Positions 1-8,621 are shown, counted from the stretch's first letter. The stretch: DNA of 40,656 bases from an uncultured Myxococcales bacterium (GCA_965533395.1 CBESWY010000002.1:1-40656), one strand, 5' to 3'. Notes: generated from the sequence alone by a model not told the origin. Translations and numbers: made by a program.

Positions 1-367
1 GGTGCAGTTCGGAGTTTGGGAGCGTTCTCATCATTTGAAGGGTCGCTTGCGTCTTTCGGATGTCGGCGGGGGCTTCTCCGGAGCCCCTTTGGAAGAGCCC
101 GCGTGTCCAGCCGTCGGGGTGCGAGTCGGCCACCAGCTGTCCCGCGTTGTCGTCGAAGCGCACGATGCACTGCACGCGGAGCGAGGGCGCCATCGTTTCC
201 CGGTACAGCACCGCTGCGGTCAGCAAATCGGCCATATCGTGCGCGTCGAGCCCGGACAACTCTTGCGCTGAAATCACGGCTTGGGCGGTGTCGGTCGTAC
301 GGGCGGCGACTATCCGAAAAGCCCCGTCGTTGGTCATGGCTCGCACTACGGAGTCAGTTTCGGGCAT
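1..367 (-). CDS. hslO: Hsp33-family redox-regulated chaperone, N-terminal part (gene runs off the left window edge)
   Basis: Absent from the ORF track because no stop lies inside the window. Hand translation of the minus strand from ATG at 367 gives MPETDSVVRAMTNDGAFRIVAARTTDTAQAVISAQELSGLDAHDMADLLTAAVLYRETMAPSLRVQCIVRFDDNAGQLVADSHPDGWTRGLFQ...TLQMMRTLPNSELH. This fits the Hsp33 N-terminal pattern (D-x-VVRA..DG..R..A..TT ... LLTAA.L ... DG..RG). An in-frame TAG at 407-409 bounds the ORF upstream. An alternative ATG lies at 337. Confidence 0.55.
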   Translation of the reverse strand, partial: MPETDSVVRAMTNDGAFRIVAARTTDTAQAVISAQELSGLDAHDMADLLTAAVLYRETMAPSLRVQCIVRFDDNAGQLVADSHPDGWTRGLFQRGSGEAPADIRKTQATLQMMRTLPNSELH

Positions 368-430
368 GTTTCCTGTTGAAGCGCATTGGCGATTGTTTGG
401 CAAGCGCTACTCTTGGGCCGGGAGTAGCAC

Positions 431-1462
431 ATGACAACGCACCAAATCGTTCTCATCCCGGGCGACGGAATCGGCCCGGAAGTAGCGGCAGCAACAACCC
501 GCGTTCTTCAGGCGGCCGAGGCCCCGCTCGCATGGGTGGAGCATCACGCCGGCGTGGCCGCGCTCGAGACGCTCGGCGAGGTGTTGCCCGAGGGGACGCT
601 CGACGCGGTTCGTGAACACGGGCTCGCGCTCAAGGGGCCGTGCACGACGCCGGTCGGGAAGGGCTTCACCTCCGTCAATGTGCAGCTTCGCAAGCGGCTC
701 GACCTCTACGCTGCCGTTCGTCCGGTTCGCAACCTGCCCGGCATCGAGACGCGATACCAAGACGTTGACCTCGTCGTCATTCGAGAGAACACCGAGGGGC
801 TCTACAGCGGCATCGAAAACGAAGTCACCAAGGGCGTCGTGACGAGCCTCAAGGTCGCGACCGAGGCCGCCTCTCGCCGGATCGCGCATTGGGCTTTTCA
901 ATACGCGCGTGACCGAGGCCGCAAGAAGGTCACGGTGATGCACAAAGCAAACATCATGAAGTTGACCGATGGGATGTTTATTCGCTGCGCGCGCGAGATT
1001 CGAGAGGAAGAAGGATTCACCGACATCGAGTATCAAGAGCTCATCATCGACGCTGGCTGCATGAAGTTGGTGCAAGACCCAACGCAGTTCGACATGCTTT
1101 TGCTGGAGAACCTCTATGGCGACGTCCTGAGCGACCTCTGCGCGGGTTTCGTCGGCGGCTTAGGTGTGATCCCGGGCGCGAACATCGGTGACCAGTACGC
1201 GGTGTTTGAGGCGGTTCATGGCTCTGCGCCGGACATTGCGGGGAAGGGCGTTGCAAACCCGCTTGCCCTCATCATGTCGGCGGTGATGTTGCTCAACCAC
1301 ATCGCCGATACGCGCGGCGACGAGGCCTGCCGGGCGTCCGCAGTGCGAATTCGGGAGGCCTACAACCAGGCCTTGGCCGACGGTCAAAAGACCGCAGACC
1401 TCGGCGGCACGCTCGACACCGAGGGATTTGCCTCGGCGCTCATCGAGCGAATCGCCGGCTAG
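431..1462 (+). CDS. Isocitrate/isopropylmalate dehydrogenase family enzyme, most like NAD-dependent (IDH3-type) isocitrate dehydrogenase
   Basis: 343-aa ORF. N-terminal IVLIPGDGIGPEV; central RENTEGLYSG; ENLYGDVLSDLCAGFVGGLGVIPGANIG; HGSAPDIAGKGVANPLA. These are hallmark beta-decarboxylating dehydrogenase motifs, and the size and LYGD.LSDLCAG string resemble IDH3-like enzymes. GGGAG lies upstream of the ATG. Confidence 0.85.
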   Translation: MTTHQIVLIPGDGIGPEVAAATTRVLQAAEAPLAWVEHHAGVAALETLGEVLPEGTLDAVREHGLALKGPCTTPVGKGFTSVNVQLRKRLDLYAAVRPVRNLPGIETRYQDVDLVVIRENTEGLYSGIENEVTKGVVTSLKVATEAASRRIAHWAFQYARDRGRKKVTVMHKANIMKLTDGMFIRCAREIREEEGFTDIEYQELIIDAGCMKLVQDPTQFDMLLLENLYGDVLSDLCAGFVGGLGVIPGANIGDQYAVFEAVHGSAPDIAGKGVANPLALIMSAVMLLNHIADTRGDEACRASAVRIREAYNQALADGQKTADLGGTLDTEGFASALIERIAG

Positions 1463-4029
1463 TCGTCCGTCTCTCGAACCCCGCCGCTTCCCCCAGCGAC
1501 GCGAAGGAGTGGCGGGAGCACGACGAGGGTGGCCACGAGGCAGCCGCCGATCGTGACTGCGATGAGCTCGCCGAAGTTACGGACGGGGACGAACGAGCTC
1601 AACAGCAGGACCGAAAAGCCAGCCATCAAGGTCACGCAAGAGATCACGATGGCGCGGCCGGTACCGCGGGCAGCGCGCACCAACGCAGCTTCTCGCCCGA
1701 TGCCGTGATGCATTTCTTCGCGGAATCGTGCCAAAACGTGAATGGTCCCGTTGACCGCGAGGCCGAGGCTGATCGAGAAGATGATCACGGTAGACACGTT
1801 CAGGGGGATCTCGCGCCAGACCATATAAGCCATGGTCGCCACCAGTGGAATCAAGTTCGGCGGAATACTGAGCAAGCCGAGCCGAATGCTTCGGAAGAAG
1901 AACGCGAGCAACAAGAAGATGATCACGACAGCGACGAAGAGGCTCCCGAGAAGGTCATTGACGACGGCCGCTTGCCCGCGCGAGCCCGTGTAGGCTTCTC
2001 CGGTGTACGAGACCGACACCGTGTCGTCGCCCCTGAGGCTGCCTTCGATGACGTTCTCGAGGACGTCGAGAAATCGCATCGTCGCTTGCGCCCCGACGTC
2101 GCGCAGCTTGAACTGGATGCGGGCCTTATTGCCGTCTTCGGTGAGCCACTCGCTGAGCGGGCTTGGCTGACGCTGGCTCATCATCGTGACGAGGCCCTTC
2201 ACCTGCTTCTTGCTTTTGAAGAACTCCGAACGAACCGTCGGGTCATCGGTGAGGAGCGCGTACGACTCGCGCAGCATGTCGCCATAGCTCAAGCTTCGGA
2301 TGACTTCCGGGCGAAGCGCCGCCCAGTTCCGGATGCGCTGGATCTTCTGCACCATCTTCGGGTCCATGAAATGGTCTTCTTCGGTGCTGACCAGCACGAC
2401 TTCGAGCGGACGGACGCCTGCGAGCTTCTCTTCGATCAAGAGCGTGGTCGTGTAGACGGGGTCAGTTTCGTCGAACTGGTCGAGCAAGGCGTGGTCGACT
2501 GTGATCTGGCTCGCCACGTACGCTGCACCGGCCGTGAACAAAGCGGTCACGCCAAGGACGGCCCAGCGCCAACGAAGCAGCCTTGCAACGAGCCCAGTAG
2601 TCACGGTCGTGAACATGCTCGTTCGTTCTCTGCGGACGTCGGAGCGCTTTGGTGGGGTGACCCAGGTGAGGATCGCGGGAACGAAGGTGATGATGACGAC
2701 GTACGAGACCATGACGCCGAGGCCGGATGTGACGCCGAAGTGTCGGAGCATCACCGTCTTCGAGACCACGAGTGAGCCGAGGCCGGCCGCGGTAGTCGCA
2801 GAGGTGAGCATGCAGGCCACGGCGATCGCGCGAACCGTACGTCGACCCGCGGCCTTTCGGTCGGGGTCGTCGTCCGCGTGCACCTCGTCGCGATAGCGCT
2901 GAATTAGATGCGTCGCGTCGCTGATACCGATGATGATCAGCAGCGGCACGATGACGTTGTTGAGGATGTTCATCGACTCGCCAAAGAGCGCCATCCCTCC
3001 GACCGTCACCAGTGCCGTGATGGCCACAGCCCCGAGCGGGAGCAAGACCCCTGGCGCCCATCGAAACGACACGGTCAAGAGAATCAAGCAAACCAAGACC
3101 GTTAGAGGAATCAGGCGAAGGTTGTCGGCGCGCATCTTGCTGACGATGACACTCCGAAGATAGGGGAGGCCCCCGACGTGTACATCGATGTCTTGGAACT
3201 CCGGCCGCTCTAGCGAGTCGCGGAGGTCGTCCATCGCAACGCGCATCTCCTTGGGATCGAGCTTGCGCAGTTGAAGGGCAATGCCCGCCACCGTGTGATC
3301 CTCATCGATCAGCCGGCCCACTAAAAGAGGGTTGCTCGAAATGGCGCCCGCGAGCTCGACGGCCTCTTCTTCGGTGACTTCCGTCCCGTCGACAATCGGA
3401 TTGGTTCGAAGCTCTGCCGACAAGGCGGGACCGACCTTGGCAATACCGCCGGGGAAACGATCGGGGTCGCTCTCGATGATGTCGAGGAGCGCGTTGAACG
3501 AGGCGTCTTGGAGATTTCCCTGTGCATCCGACTTGTCTTCCGAATCTTCGAGGGAATCGAGATCGTCCAGGTCGTCGAGATCGCCTTCATCGCCCGGCCC
3601 GCCGACCTCCTGGAGGCCGTCCAGCTCATCCAGCTTGCCGGAAGCGTCGTCGGGCGCGGCTTTGACGCGGCGCGGGATGTTGAGGGTCGTGATCCCAGCG
3701 ACCTTCTCGACCCAGGGCTTGTCTGCAAAGTAGAGCGAAATGTCGTGGATCTGTTGAAGGGTGTCCCGGGAGAGGACGTCGTCCGCCTCGACCAGGATCA
3801 GGACGGCCTCCCGTCGTTTCCCGAACCACTGCTCGAAGCGCTGCTGGATCAGCGCGTACTCTTCACCCTCGAACGAGGACAGCAGGCTTTCCGGCGCGGG
3901 ATCGGTGGTCAACTTCGGGATTTGCGTCGCGAAAGCGACCGTCACCAGGACCGAGACCCAGACGACCAGCTTACTTCGCTCCGTGACGAGCTTGGCAAGC
4001 CAATCCAAGGTTTGCTGGCGTCGGGACAC
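1459..4029 (-). CDS. RND-superfamily / MMPL-type membrane transporter (two 6-TM bundles with large periplasmic loops)
   Basis: 856-aa ORF with two hydrophobic blocks (aa ~300-480 and ~690-850) separated by soluble loops, matching the duplicated RND/MMPL (HpnN-like) architecture. Recurrent motifs: GGMALFGESMNILNNVIVPLLIIIGISDATH and IIFSISLGLAVNGTIH. Its stop overlaps the icd-like stop in a shared CTAG. Confidence 0.85.
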   Translation of the reverse strand: MSRRQQTLDWLAKLVTERSKLVVWVSVLVTVAFATQIPKLTTDPAPESLLSSFEGEEYALIQQRFEQWFGKRREAVLILVEADDVLSRDTLQQIHDISLYFADKPWVEKVAGITTLNIPRRVKAAPDDASGKLDELDGLQEVGGPGDEGDLDDLDDLDSLEDSEDKSDAQGNLQDASFNALLDIIESDPDRFPGGIAKVGPALSAELRTNPIVDGTEVTEEEAVELAGAISSNPLLVGRLIDEDHTVAGIALQLRKLDPKEMRVAMDDLRDSLERPEFQDIDVHVGGLPYLRSVIVSKMRADNLRLIPLTVLVCLILLTVSFRWAPGVLLPLGAVAITALVTVGGMALFGESMNILNNVIVPLLIIIGISDATHLIQRYRDEVHADDDPDRKAAGRRTVRAIAVACMLTSATTAAGLGSLVVSKTVMLRHFGVTSGLGVMVSYVVIITFVPAILTWVTPPKRSDVRRERTSMFTTVTTGLVARLLRWRWAVLGVTALFTAGAAYVASQITVDHALLDQFDETDPVYTTTLLIEEKLAGVRPLEVVLVSTEEDHFMDPKMVQKIQRIRNWAALRPEVIRSLSYGDMLRESYALLTDDPTVRSEFFKSKKQVKGLVTMMSQRQPSPLSEWLTEDGNKARIQFKLRDVGAQATMRFLDVLENVIEGSLRGDDTVSVSYTGEAYTGSRGQAAVVNDLLGSLFVAVVIIFLLLAFFFRSIRLGLLSIPPNLIPLVATMAYMVWREIPLNVSTVIIFSISLGLAVNGTIHVLARFREEMHHGIGREAALVRAARGTGRAIVISCVTLMAGFSVLLLSSFVPVRNFGELIAVTIGGCLVATLVVLPPLLRVAGGSGGVRETDD

Positions 4030-4079
4030 GGGCCTGTATGCCTGGTAGAAGCGGGTCTCGCAAGGTTCCTGCGACCGGC

Positions 4080-4108
4080 TTGACAGCCCCCCGGGGCAGG
4101 GCTACCAC
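4080..4108 (+). promoter_or_regulatory. Candidate sigma-70-type promoter for rpsT (TTGACA - 17 nt - TACCAC)
   Basis: Perfect -35 TTGACA at 4080-4085, a 17-nt spacer, then TACCAC at 4103-4108. GGGGAGGA (4121-4128) follows 8 nt upstream of the GTG start at 4136. Sequence match only, and the -10 is weak. Confidence 0.35.
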
Positions 4109-4135
4109 CCGCGTCCCTACGGGGAGGATATTCGA

Positions 4136-4402
4136 GTGGCCAACCACGCCTCAGCAAAAAAGAGAGTCCGCCAGACGATCAAGCGAACCGCGCGCAATCG
4201 TCACATTCGCACCAACGTGCGCACCTCTGTGAAGCGGGTTCGTGCCGCGATCGAGACCGGCGATGCCTCAGCCGCGAAGAAGGCGCTCTTCGACGCCGTG
4301 TGCCGTATCGACGGCGCGGTGTCGAAGGGCATCTACCATCGCAAGACCGGCTCGCGGTACATCGCCAGGCTGACCCACCAGGTCAACGCCCTCAAGAGCT
4401 GA
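4136..4402 (+). CDS. rpsT: 30S ribosomal protein S20
   Basis: 88 aa starting MANHASAKKRVRQTIKRTARNRHIRTNVRT..., the canonical S20 N-terminus, basic throughout. GTG start preceded by a strong GGAGG. Confidence 0.97.
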   Translation: MANHASAKKRVRQTIKRTARNRHIRTNVRTSVKRVRAAIETGDASAAKKALFDAVCRIDGAVSKGIYHRKTGSRYIARLTHQVNALKS

Positions 4403-4456
4403 CCGCCAGCTCCGGGTCCATCAGGGTTCCGACTGGTTCTGAACCGGGCTAATCGA

Positions 4457-5458
4457 TCAAGGCGCGTCGGCACAGAGCTCGAGAACCGCGTTCTCGAGGA
4501 TCAAGTCGGGCGGGCGCTTGCTGCTCTTGAGCGCGCGATCCGTTTCCGCGATCAGCGTGAAGGCTCTCCCGAGGCTGTCGGCGGTGAATCGCCGGGCCGA
4601 CTCGGTGAGGTCGCTCGCCTTGAAGGGTGGGGCGCCCGCGCGCTTGGCCGCGTCTTGGGGGCGAAGGCCCTCCGAGAGCGCTTCGCGCATGCGAGCGACG
4701 ATCCGCAGTTGTCGAGCAACCATGGCGAGAAGCCGAAGCGGCGGCTCCCGATCGTCGAGAAGTGACTGCGCGGCGGCAATGCCCTTGCGACGGTCCTTGA
4801 GCCCAATCGCATCGACGAGGCTCCAAATCGACTCGACGCGAACTCGGGTGACACAAGTCATCACGGCGTCGGCGTCGATGCGCTGGCCCGCGCCGACGAA
4901 AAGCGAGAGGCGTTCCATTGCGTCATCGATCGCAGCAAGGTCGTCACCAACCGCATCGAGAAGGGCCTCGATCGCTTGCGGCGCGATGGCGTGCTCGCGA
5001 GCCTTCGCCTCGGTGCGGATGAACTCCCGAAGCGCGGCGCCGCGAAGAGGCTTGGCGTCGATGAGATAGCCTTTCTTTTTCGCAGCCTTGGCGAGCTTGG
5101 CGCGCCCGTCGAGCTTGGTTGCCGTCATGAGAAAGCACGTCGACTCGTTCGGATCGTCGAGATACGCAGCGAGATTCGTTTGCTCCGTAGGCGTCATCGC
5201 GTCGATGTGGCGCAGCAAAACGAGGCGTGTATCGGCCATCATCGGAAGGGTCCGTGCCGCGGCGATCACCCGCGCAGCATCGAGACCCTTGCCGTCGAAC
5301 ACCTCGATGTTGAAGCCCGGCGCGCCCATCGAGTCGACGGCTTTGCGCACGGCATCGACCGCGCGCTCGATCAGCAGGCGTTCGGTCCCGACCAGAACAT
5401 AGACCGGGTCGAGGGAGCCTTTCGAGGCTCTCTTTGAGACATCATTGAGGCTTGGCAC
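4457..5458 (-). CDS. holA: DNA polymerase III subunit delta
   Basis: 333 aa. N-terminal DPVYVLVGTERLLIERAVDAVRKA (the 'PVYLLYGEE' type motif). The length and three-domain helical C-terminus (ALSEGLRPQDAAKRAGAPPFKA, RALKSS) are typical of HolA. Confidence 0.9.
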   Translation of the reverse strand: MPSLNDVSKRASKGSLDPVYVLVGTERLLIERAVDAVRKAVDSMGAPGFNIEVFDGKGLDAARVIAAARTLPMMADTRLVLLRHIDAMTPTEQTNLAAYLDDPNESTCFLMTATKLDGRAKLAKAAKKKGYLIDAKPLRGAALREFIRTEAKAREHAIAPQAIEALLDAVGDDLAAIDDAMERLSLFVGAGQRIDADAVMTCVTRVRVESIWSLVDAIGLKDRRKGIAAAQSLLDDREPPLRLLAMVARQLRIVARMREALSEGLRPQDAAKRAGAPPFKASDLTESARRFTADSLGRAFTLIAETDRALKSSKRPPDLILENAVLELCADAP

Positions 5459-5461
5459 TGT

Positions 5462-5998
5462 TCAGCGAGCTTCGTCATCCGAGAAAGTGACTTCGCCGCC
5501 GTGTTGTACCTTGTCTCCGAGAATTTGAAAGCGGTAACGGCCGACCTCCTGTCGACGCACGGTCACCACCATCTCGAGCCGTCGATTGGGCTCGAACTGC
5601 GGGCGCTTGAGCCTGAGCTTGTGCACGATCGTCCGCTGATTGCTGTCATTGACGAAAACCGTCATGGCAGGGGCGATGAACTTCCGTTCGGCCGTTTGGA
5701 TATCGTAGAAAAGCACTTCGAACTCCGAGTCGCCCAGCGGAGCGTTGAAGTTTGCGACCAAAGTGGCCTTCCACTGGCGTTCTTCGACCGGAGCATCGGG
5801 ATTCTCCCGCAGGCGAGTCGCCTTGTTCGACTTGGCAAAGCGAATGACGCCCGACTCCGAAAGGGTGCGCGGTACACCCTTCTGCGTGAGGAAAATCTTC
5901 GCGCGAAGGCCCGTTGCGGCCTCGGCTCCGTGCCAGGGGGTCACCGAAGAAACGATGGCGGCCAATGCAGTGGTGACGAGTGCGAGGCGTGGATTCAC
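5462..5998 (-). CDS. Hypothetical exported protein (type I signal peptide, no lipobox)
   Basis: 178 aa. MNPRLALVTTALAAIVSSVTPWHGAEAA looks like a cleavable signal peptide without Cys. The mature part is rich in predicted beta-strand. Its stop lies 3 nt upstream of the holA start, so it is probably co-transcribed. No recognisable family. Confidence 0.6.
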   Translation of the reverse strand: MNPRLALVTTALAAIVSSVTPWHGAEAATGLRAKIFLTQKGVPRTLSESGVIRFAKSNKATRLRENPDAPVEERQWKATLVANFNAPLGDSEFEVLFYDIQTAERKFIAPAMTVFVNDSNQRTIVHKLRLKRPQFEPNRRLEMVVTVRRQEVGRYRFQILGDKVQHGGEVTFSDDEAR

Positions 5999-6167
5999 AG
6001 CTTGCTCCTGGCTTGGGGTCCTCGATCAAACTAACAACTGGAACTTTGCAGTGACAGGGTGATAAGGTGCTCAAATGTAGGTTTTAGGCCTTCATGTTTG
6101 ATACTGCCGGCCGAAAAGTTGTGCCCCAAGGCGGTGACGGCTAACTCCGACCCAGGAACGGAGCTCG

Positions 6168-8612
6168 ATGACGACGGTCAGTGGGGGTGTGAAAGGACTG
6201 GTCGCCCGCGCGCAGCGCGAGGCCCAAAGGCGCGCGCAGAGCCCTTCAACGGCGTATCTGCTGCTGGTCATGCTGCAGACCGGGGGCCCGATGGGAAGGC
6301 TTCTCTCCGGGCTTGGGGTCAAAGAAGGCGATCTGCTGAGCGCGATCCGCGAGGTGGACACCGAGCCGCTGAGTGCGCTCGAACGAGCGGTCGAGCGTGC
6401 CTATCGGCTGGCCAAAGCAGCCGAAGCGCCGCAGGTCCTGCCGGCCCATCTGCTCTTGGCCATCGCGCGCGACACACGAAGCGCTGCGCACCGAAGCCTC
6501 GAGGTGATCGGGACCGGATCCCGACGCGTCCAGGAAGCGGTGCACGAGGTGCTCCGACCCGGCGATGCGCAGGCGGGGTCCAGCTCGACCTACGTCTCCC
6601 CGGCGGCTTCGTTCTCGGCACAGCCGCCTACCAAACCCTCGCGTCCTTCCGCACGGCGACCCGCCCAGCCAGCTCCGTTGATCGAGCTGCACGTCGAACC
6701 GCTCGAAGATGAAGTTGACGAGATTCTCATCGAGGCGCCGATCAACGCACCGATGGCAAGACCCGTCGCGGACGCGGAAGACGAGATCATCGTGCCTTCG
6801 TCATCGCCCTTCAGCCTCGACGCACGTAAGTATCCGACGCTGGCCAAGCTCGGACGCAACTTGACGGAGATGGCGTCGCTCGGACGGATCGACGAAGTGA
6901 TCGGCCGCGACGACGAAATCGAACGACTTTTGGACGTCTTGGCCCGCAGGCGATCGAACAATCCGATTCTGATCGGCGCGCCGGGCGTGGGCAAGACCGC
7001 CATCGTCGAAGGTCTCGCCAGGAGGCTCGCCGGCGGCGGAGAAGGTGTGCGCGGTCTCGAGGGCACGATCCTGATCGAGCTCTCCGCCGGCGGCTTGGTC
7101 TCGGGCACCGGGGTTCGAGGCGCGCTCTCGGAGCGTATGCACCGCCTGCAGTTCGAGGTGAAGCGAGCAAACGGGAAGATCGTCCTGTTCATCGATGAAG
7201 TGCACACGCTCTTCATTGGGGGTGAATCCCCCGATGACCTGGCGCACGAGCTCAAAGCGTCTCTGGCGCGTGGAGAGCTTCCGTGCATCGGGGCAACGAC
7301 CGACGTCGAGTACCGCAAGTACGTAGAGCGGGATGCTGCGCTAGCCCGGAGGTTCTCTCCGATCCACGTGTCCGAGCCGACCGCCGAGGATGCGATCGAG
7401 ATTCTCATGGGCATCACGCCGCGCTACGAGGTGCATCACGGCATCGCCTACGAGCCGTCGGCGGTCGAGTCCGCGGTCGAGCTGTCCGTGCGATACCTGG
7501 CGGAGCAGGCGCTTCCTGACAAGGCGATCGGCATTCTCGACCTAGCGGGCGCGCGGACACGTCGCCGGGGAGGGGCCATCGTCGATCGCGAAGCGGTTGC
7601 TCAGGTGGTGGCAGAAAAAGTGCGCGTGCCGGTCGAGCGCCTCTTGGTGAGCGATTCGCAGAAGCTGCTCGAGCTCGAGGCGCATCTCGGCGAGCACGTC
7701 GTCGGCCACGCCGAGGTGATGAGGCGTATCTCTGACGCCCTTCGCAAAGGTGCCGCGGGCTTTCACGGTCAGCGTCCGCTGGCCACGTTCCTGTTCTTGG
7801 GACCGACCGGCGTCGGAAAGACCGAAACCGCTCGCGCGCTGAACGAGCTCTTCTTCATGGGTTGTCCGATGACCCGCATCGACATGAGCGAGCTGAGTGA
7901 ATCCCATGCCATCGCGAAGCTGGTGGGCGCGCCTCCCGGCTACATCGGCCACGACACCGGAGGCCAACTCACCGAAGCGATCCGGCACCGCCCCTACCAG
8001 CTCGTCCTTCTCGACGAGATCGAAAAGGCACACATGGACGTGCTCCAGTCGCTCTTGCCGCTGCTCGAGGACGGACGGCTCACCGACGGAAAGGGAAGGA
8101 CGGTCGATTGCACGCACACGATCGTCGTCATGACATCGAACCTCGGTGCTCAGACCTCGCAGCGCAGCCAAAGCTCGATTGGCTTCAAGGGTGCATCCAC
8201 AGGTGCGGGAGACGACTACTCCGCCGCGCTGACAGAAGCGAGGCGTGCGCTCCCGCCCGAGCTTTGGAACCGCATCGACGAGCCGCTGTTCTTCGGTTCC
8301 CTCAGCCGCGACGAGGTTCGTGAAATCGCACGCCGGATGGCGGCCGGTGTCATCCAGCAACTGCGGGAGCGACAGGGTGTCGATCTAGGCATCGACGAAA
8401 GCGCGATCGACGCGTTGGTCGCACTCGGCGGATACGACGTGGAGCTCGGGGCGCGCCCAATGCGTCGCGCGATCGGTCGGATGGTGGAAGCACCCTTGGC
8501 GGCCGCCATCCTTGGCGGCGAGTTCGAGCGCGGCGATCGCGTCGTCGCACGGGGCGACGCGGAGGGCATTTGCTTCGAGCGTACCGAAGGCTCCGTCGAA
8601 GCCGCGGAGTGA
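6168..8612 (+). CDS. Class I AAA+ Clp/Hsp100 unfoldase with ClpA-type architecture (Clp-N, D1, D2, no M-domain)
   Basis: 814 aa. Clp_N-like repeats at the N-terminus. D1 Walker A GAPGVGKTAIVEGLARR, Walker B LFIDEVHTL, and GATT..EYRKY.ERDAALARRF. D2 Walker A GPTGVGKTETARAL and Walker B LVLLDEIEKAH. PDKAIGILDLAGAR runs straight into the D2 linker, so there is no coiled-coil M-domain. An IGF tripeptide at 8178-8186 sits at the ClpP-docking loop position. GGAG lies 4 nt upstream of the ATG. Confidence 0.9.
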   Translation: MTTVSGGVKGLVARAQREAQRRAQSPSTAYLLLVMLQTGGPMGRLLSGLGVKEGDLLSAIREVDTEPLSALERAVERAYRLAKAAEAPQVLPAHLLLAIARDTRSAAHRSLEVIGTGSRRVQEAVHEVLRPGDAQAGSSSTYVSPAASFSAQPPTKPSRPSARRPAQPAPLIELHVEPLEDEVDEILIEAPINAPMARPVADAEDEIIVPSSSPFSLDARKYPTLAKLGRNLTEMASLGRIDEVIGRDDEIERLLDVLARRRSNNPILIGAPGVGKTAIVEGLARRLAGGGEGVRGLEGTILIELSAGGLVSGTGVRGALSERMHRLQFEVKRANGKIVLFIDEVHTLFIGGESPDDLAHELKASLARGELPCIGATTDVEYRKYVERDAALARRFSPIHVSEPTAEDAIEILMGITPRYEVHHGIAYEPSAVESAVELSVRYLAEQALPDKAIGILDLAGARTRRRGGAIVDREAVAQVVAEKVRVPVERLLVSDSQKLLELEAHLGEHVVGHAEVMRRISDALRKGAAGFHGQRPLATFLFLGPTGVGKTETARALNELFFMGCPMTRIDMSELSESHAIAKLVGAPPGYIGHDTGGQLTEAIRHRPYQLVLLDEIEKAHMDVLQSLLPLLEDGRLTDGKGRTVDCTHTIVVMTSNLGAQTSQRSQSSIGFKGASTGAGDDYSAALTEARRALPPELWNRIDEPLFFGSLSRDEVREIARRMAAGVIQQLRERQGVDLGIDESAIDALVALGGYDVELGARPMRRAIGRMVEAPLAAAILGGEFERGDRVVARGDAEGICFERTEGSVEAAE

Positions 8613-8621
8613 AGCCGTTCG

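Noticed and set aside
2-615. Plus-strand ORFs 2-271, 16-615 and 60-434 at the left edge
   Set aside because: Their translations are Arg/Ser/Gly-rich nonsense. The minus strand of 1-367 translates to a convincing Hsp33 N-terminus, and 431 onward is the icd-like gene.
4403-4456. Possible bidirectional intrinsic terminator between the convergent rpsT and holA
   Set aside because: Only a weak 5-6 bp GGTTC/GAACC stem is present, without a flanking U-tract. That is not enough to call a terminator.
6035-6050. TGGAAC-TTTGCA in the AT-rich region between the secreted-protein gene and the Clp gene as a sigma-54 promoter
   Set aside because: The GG and GC elements are only ~8 nt apart instead of the required spacing. 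The region probably holds divergent sigma-70-type promoters, but I could not assign -35/-10 boxes unambiguously.
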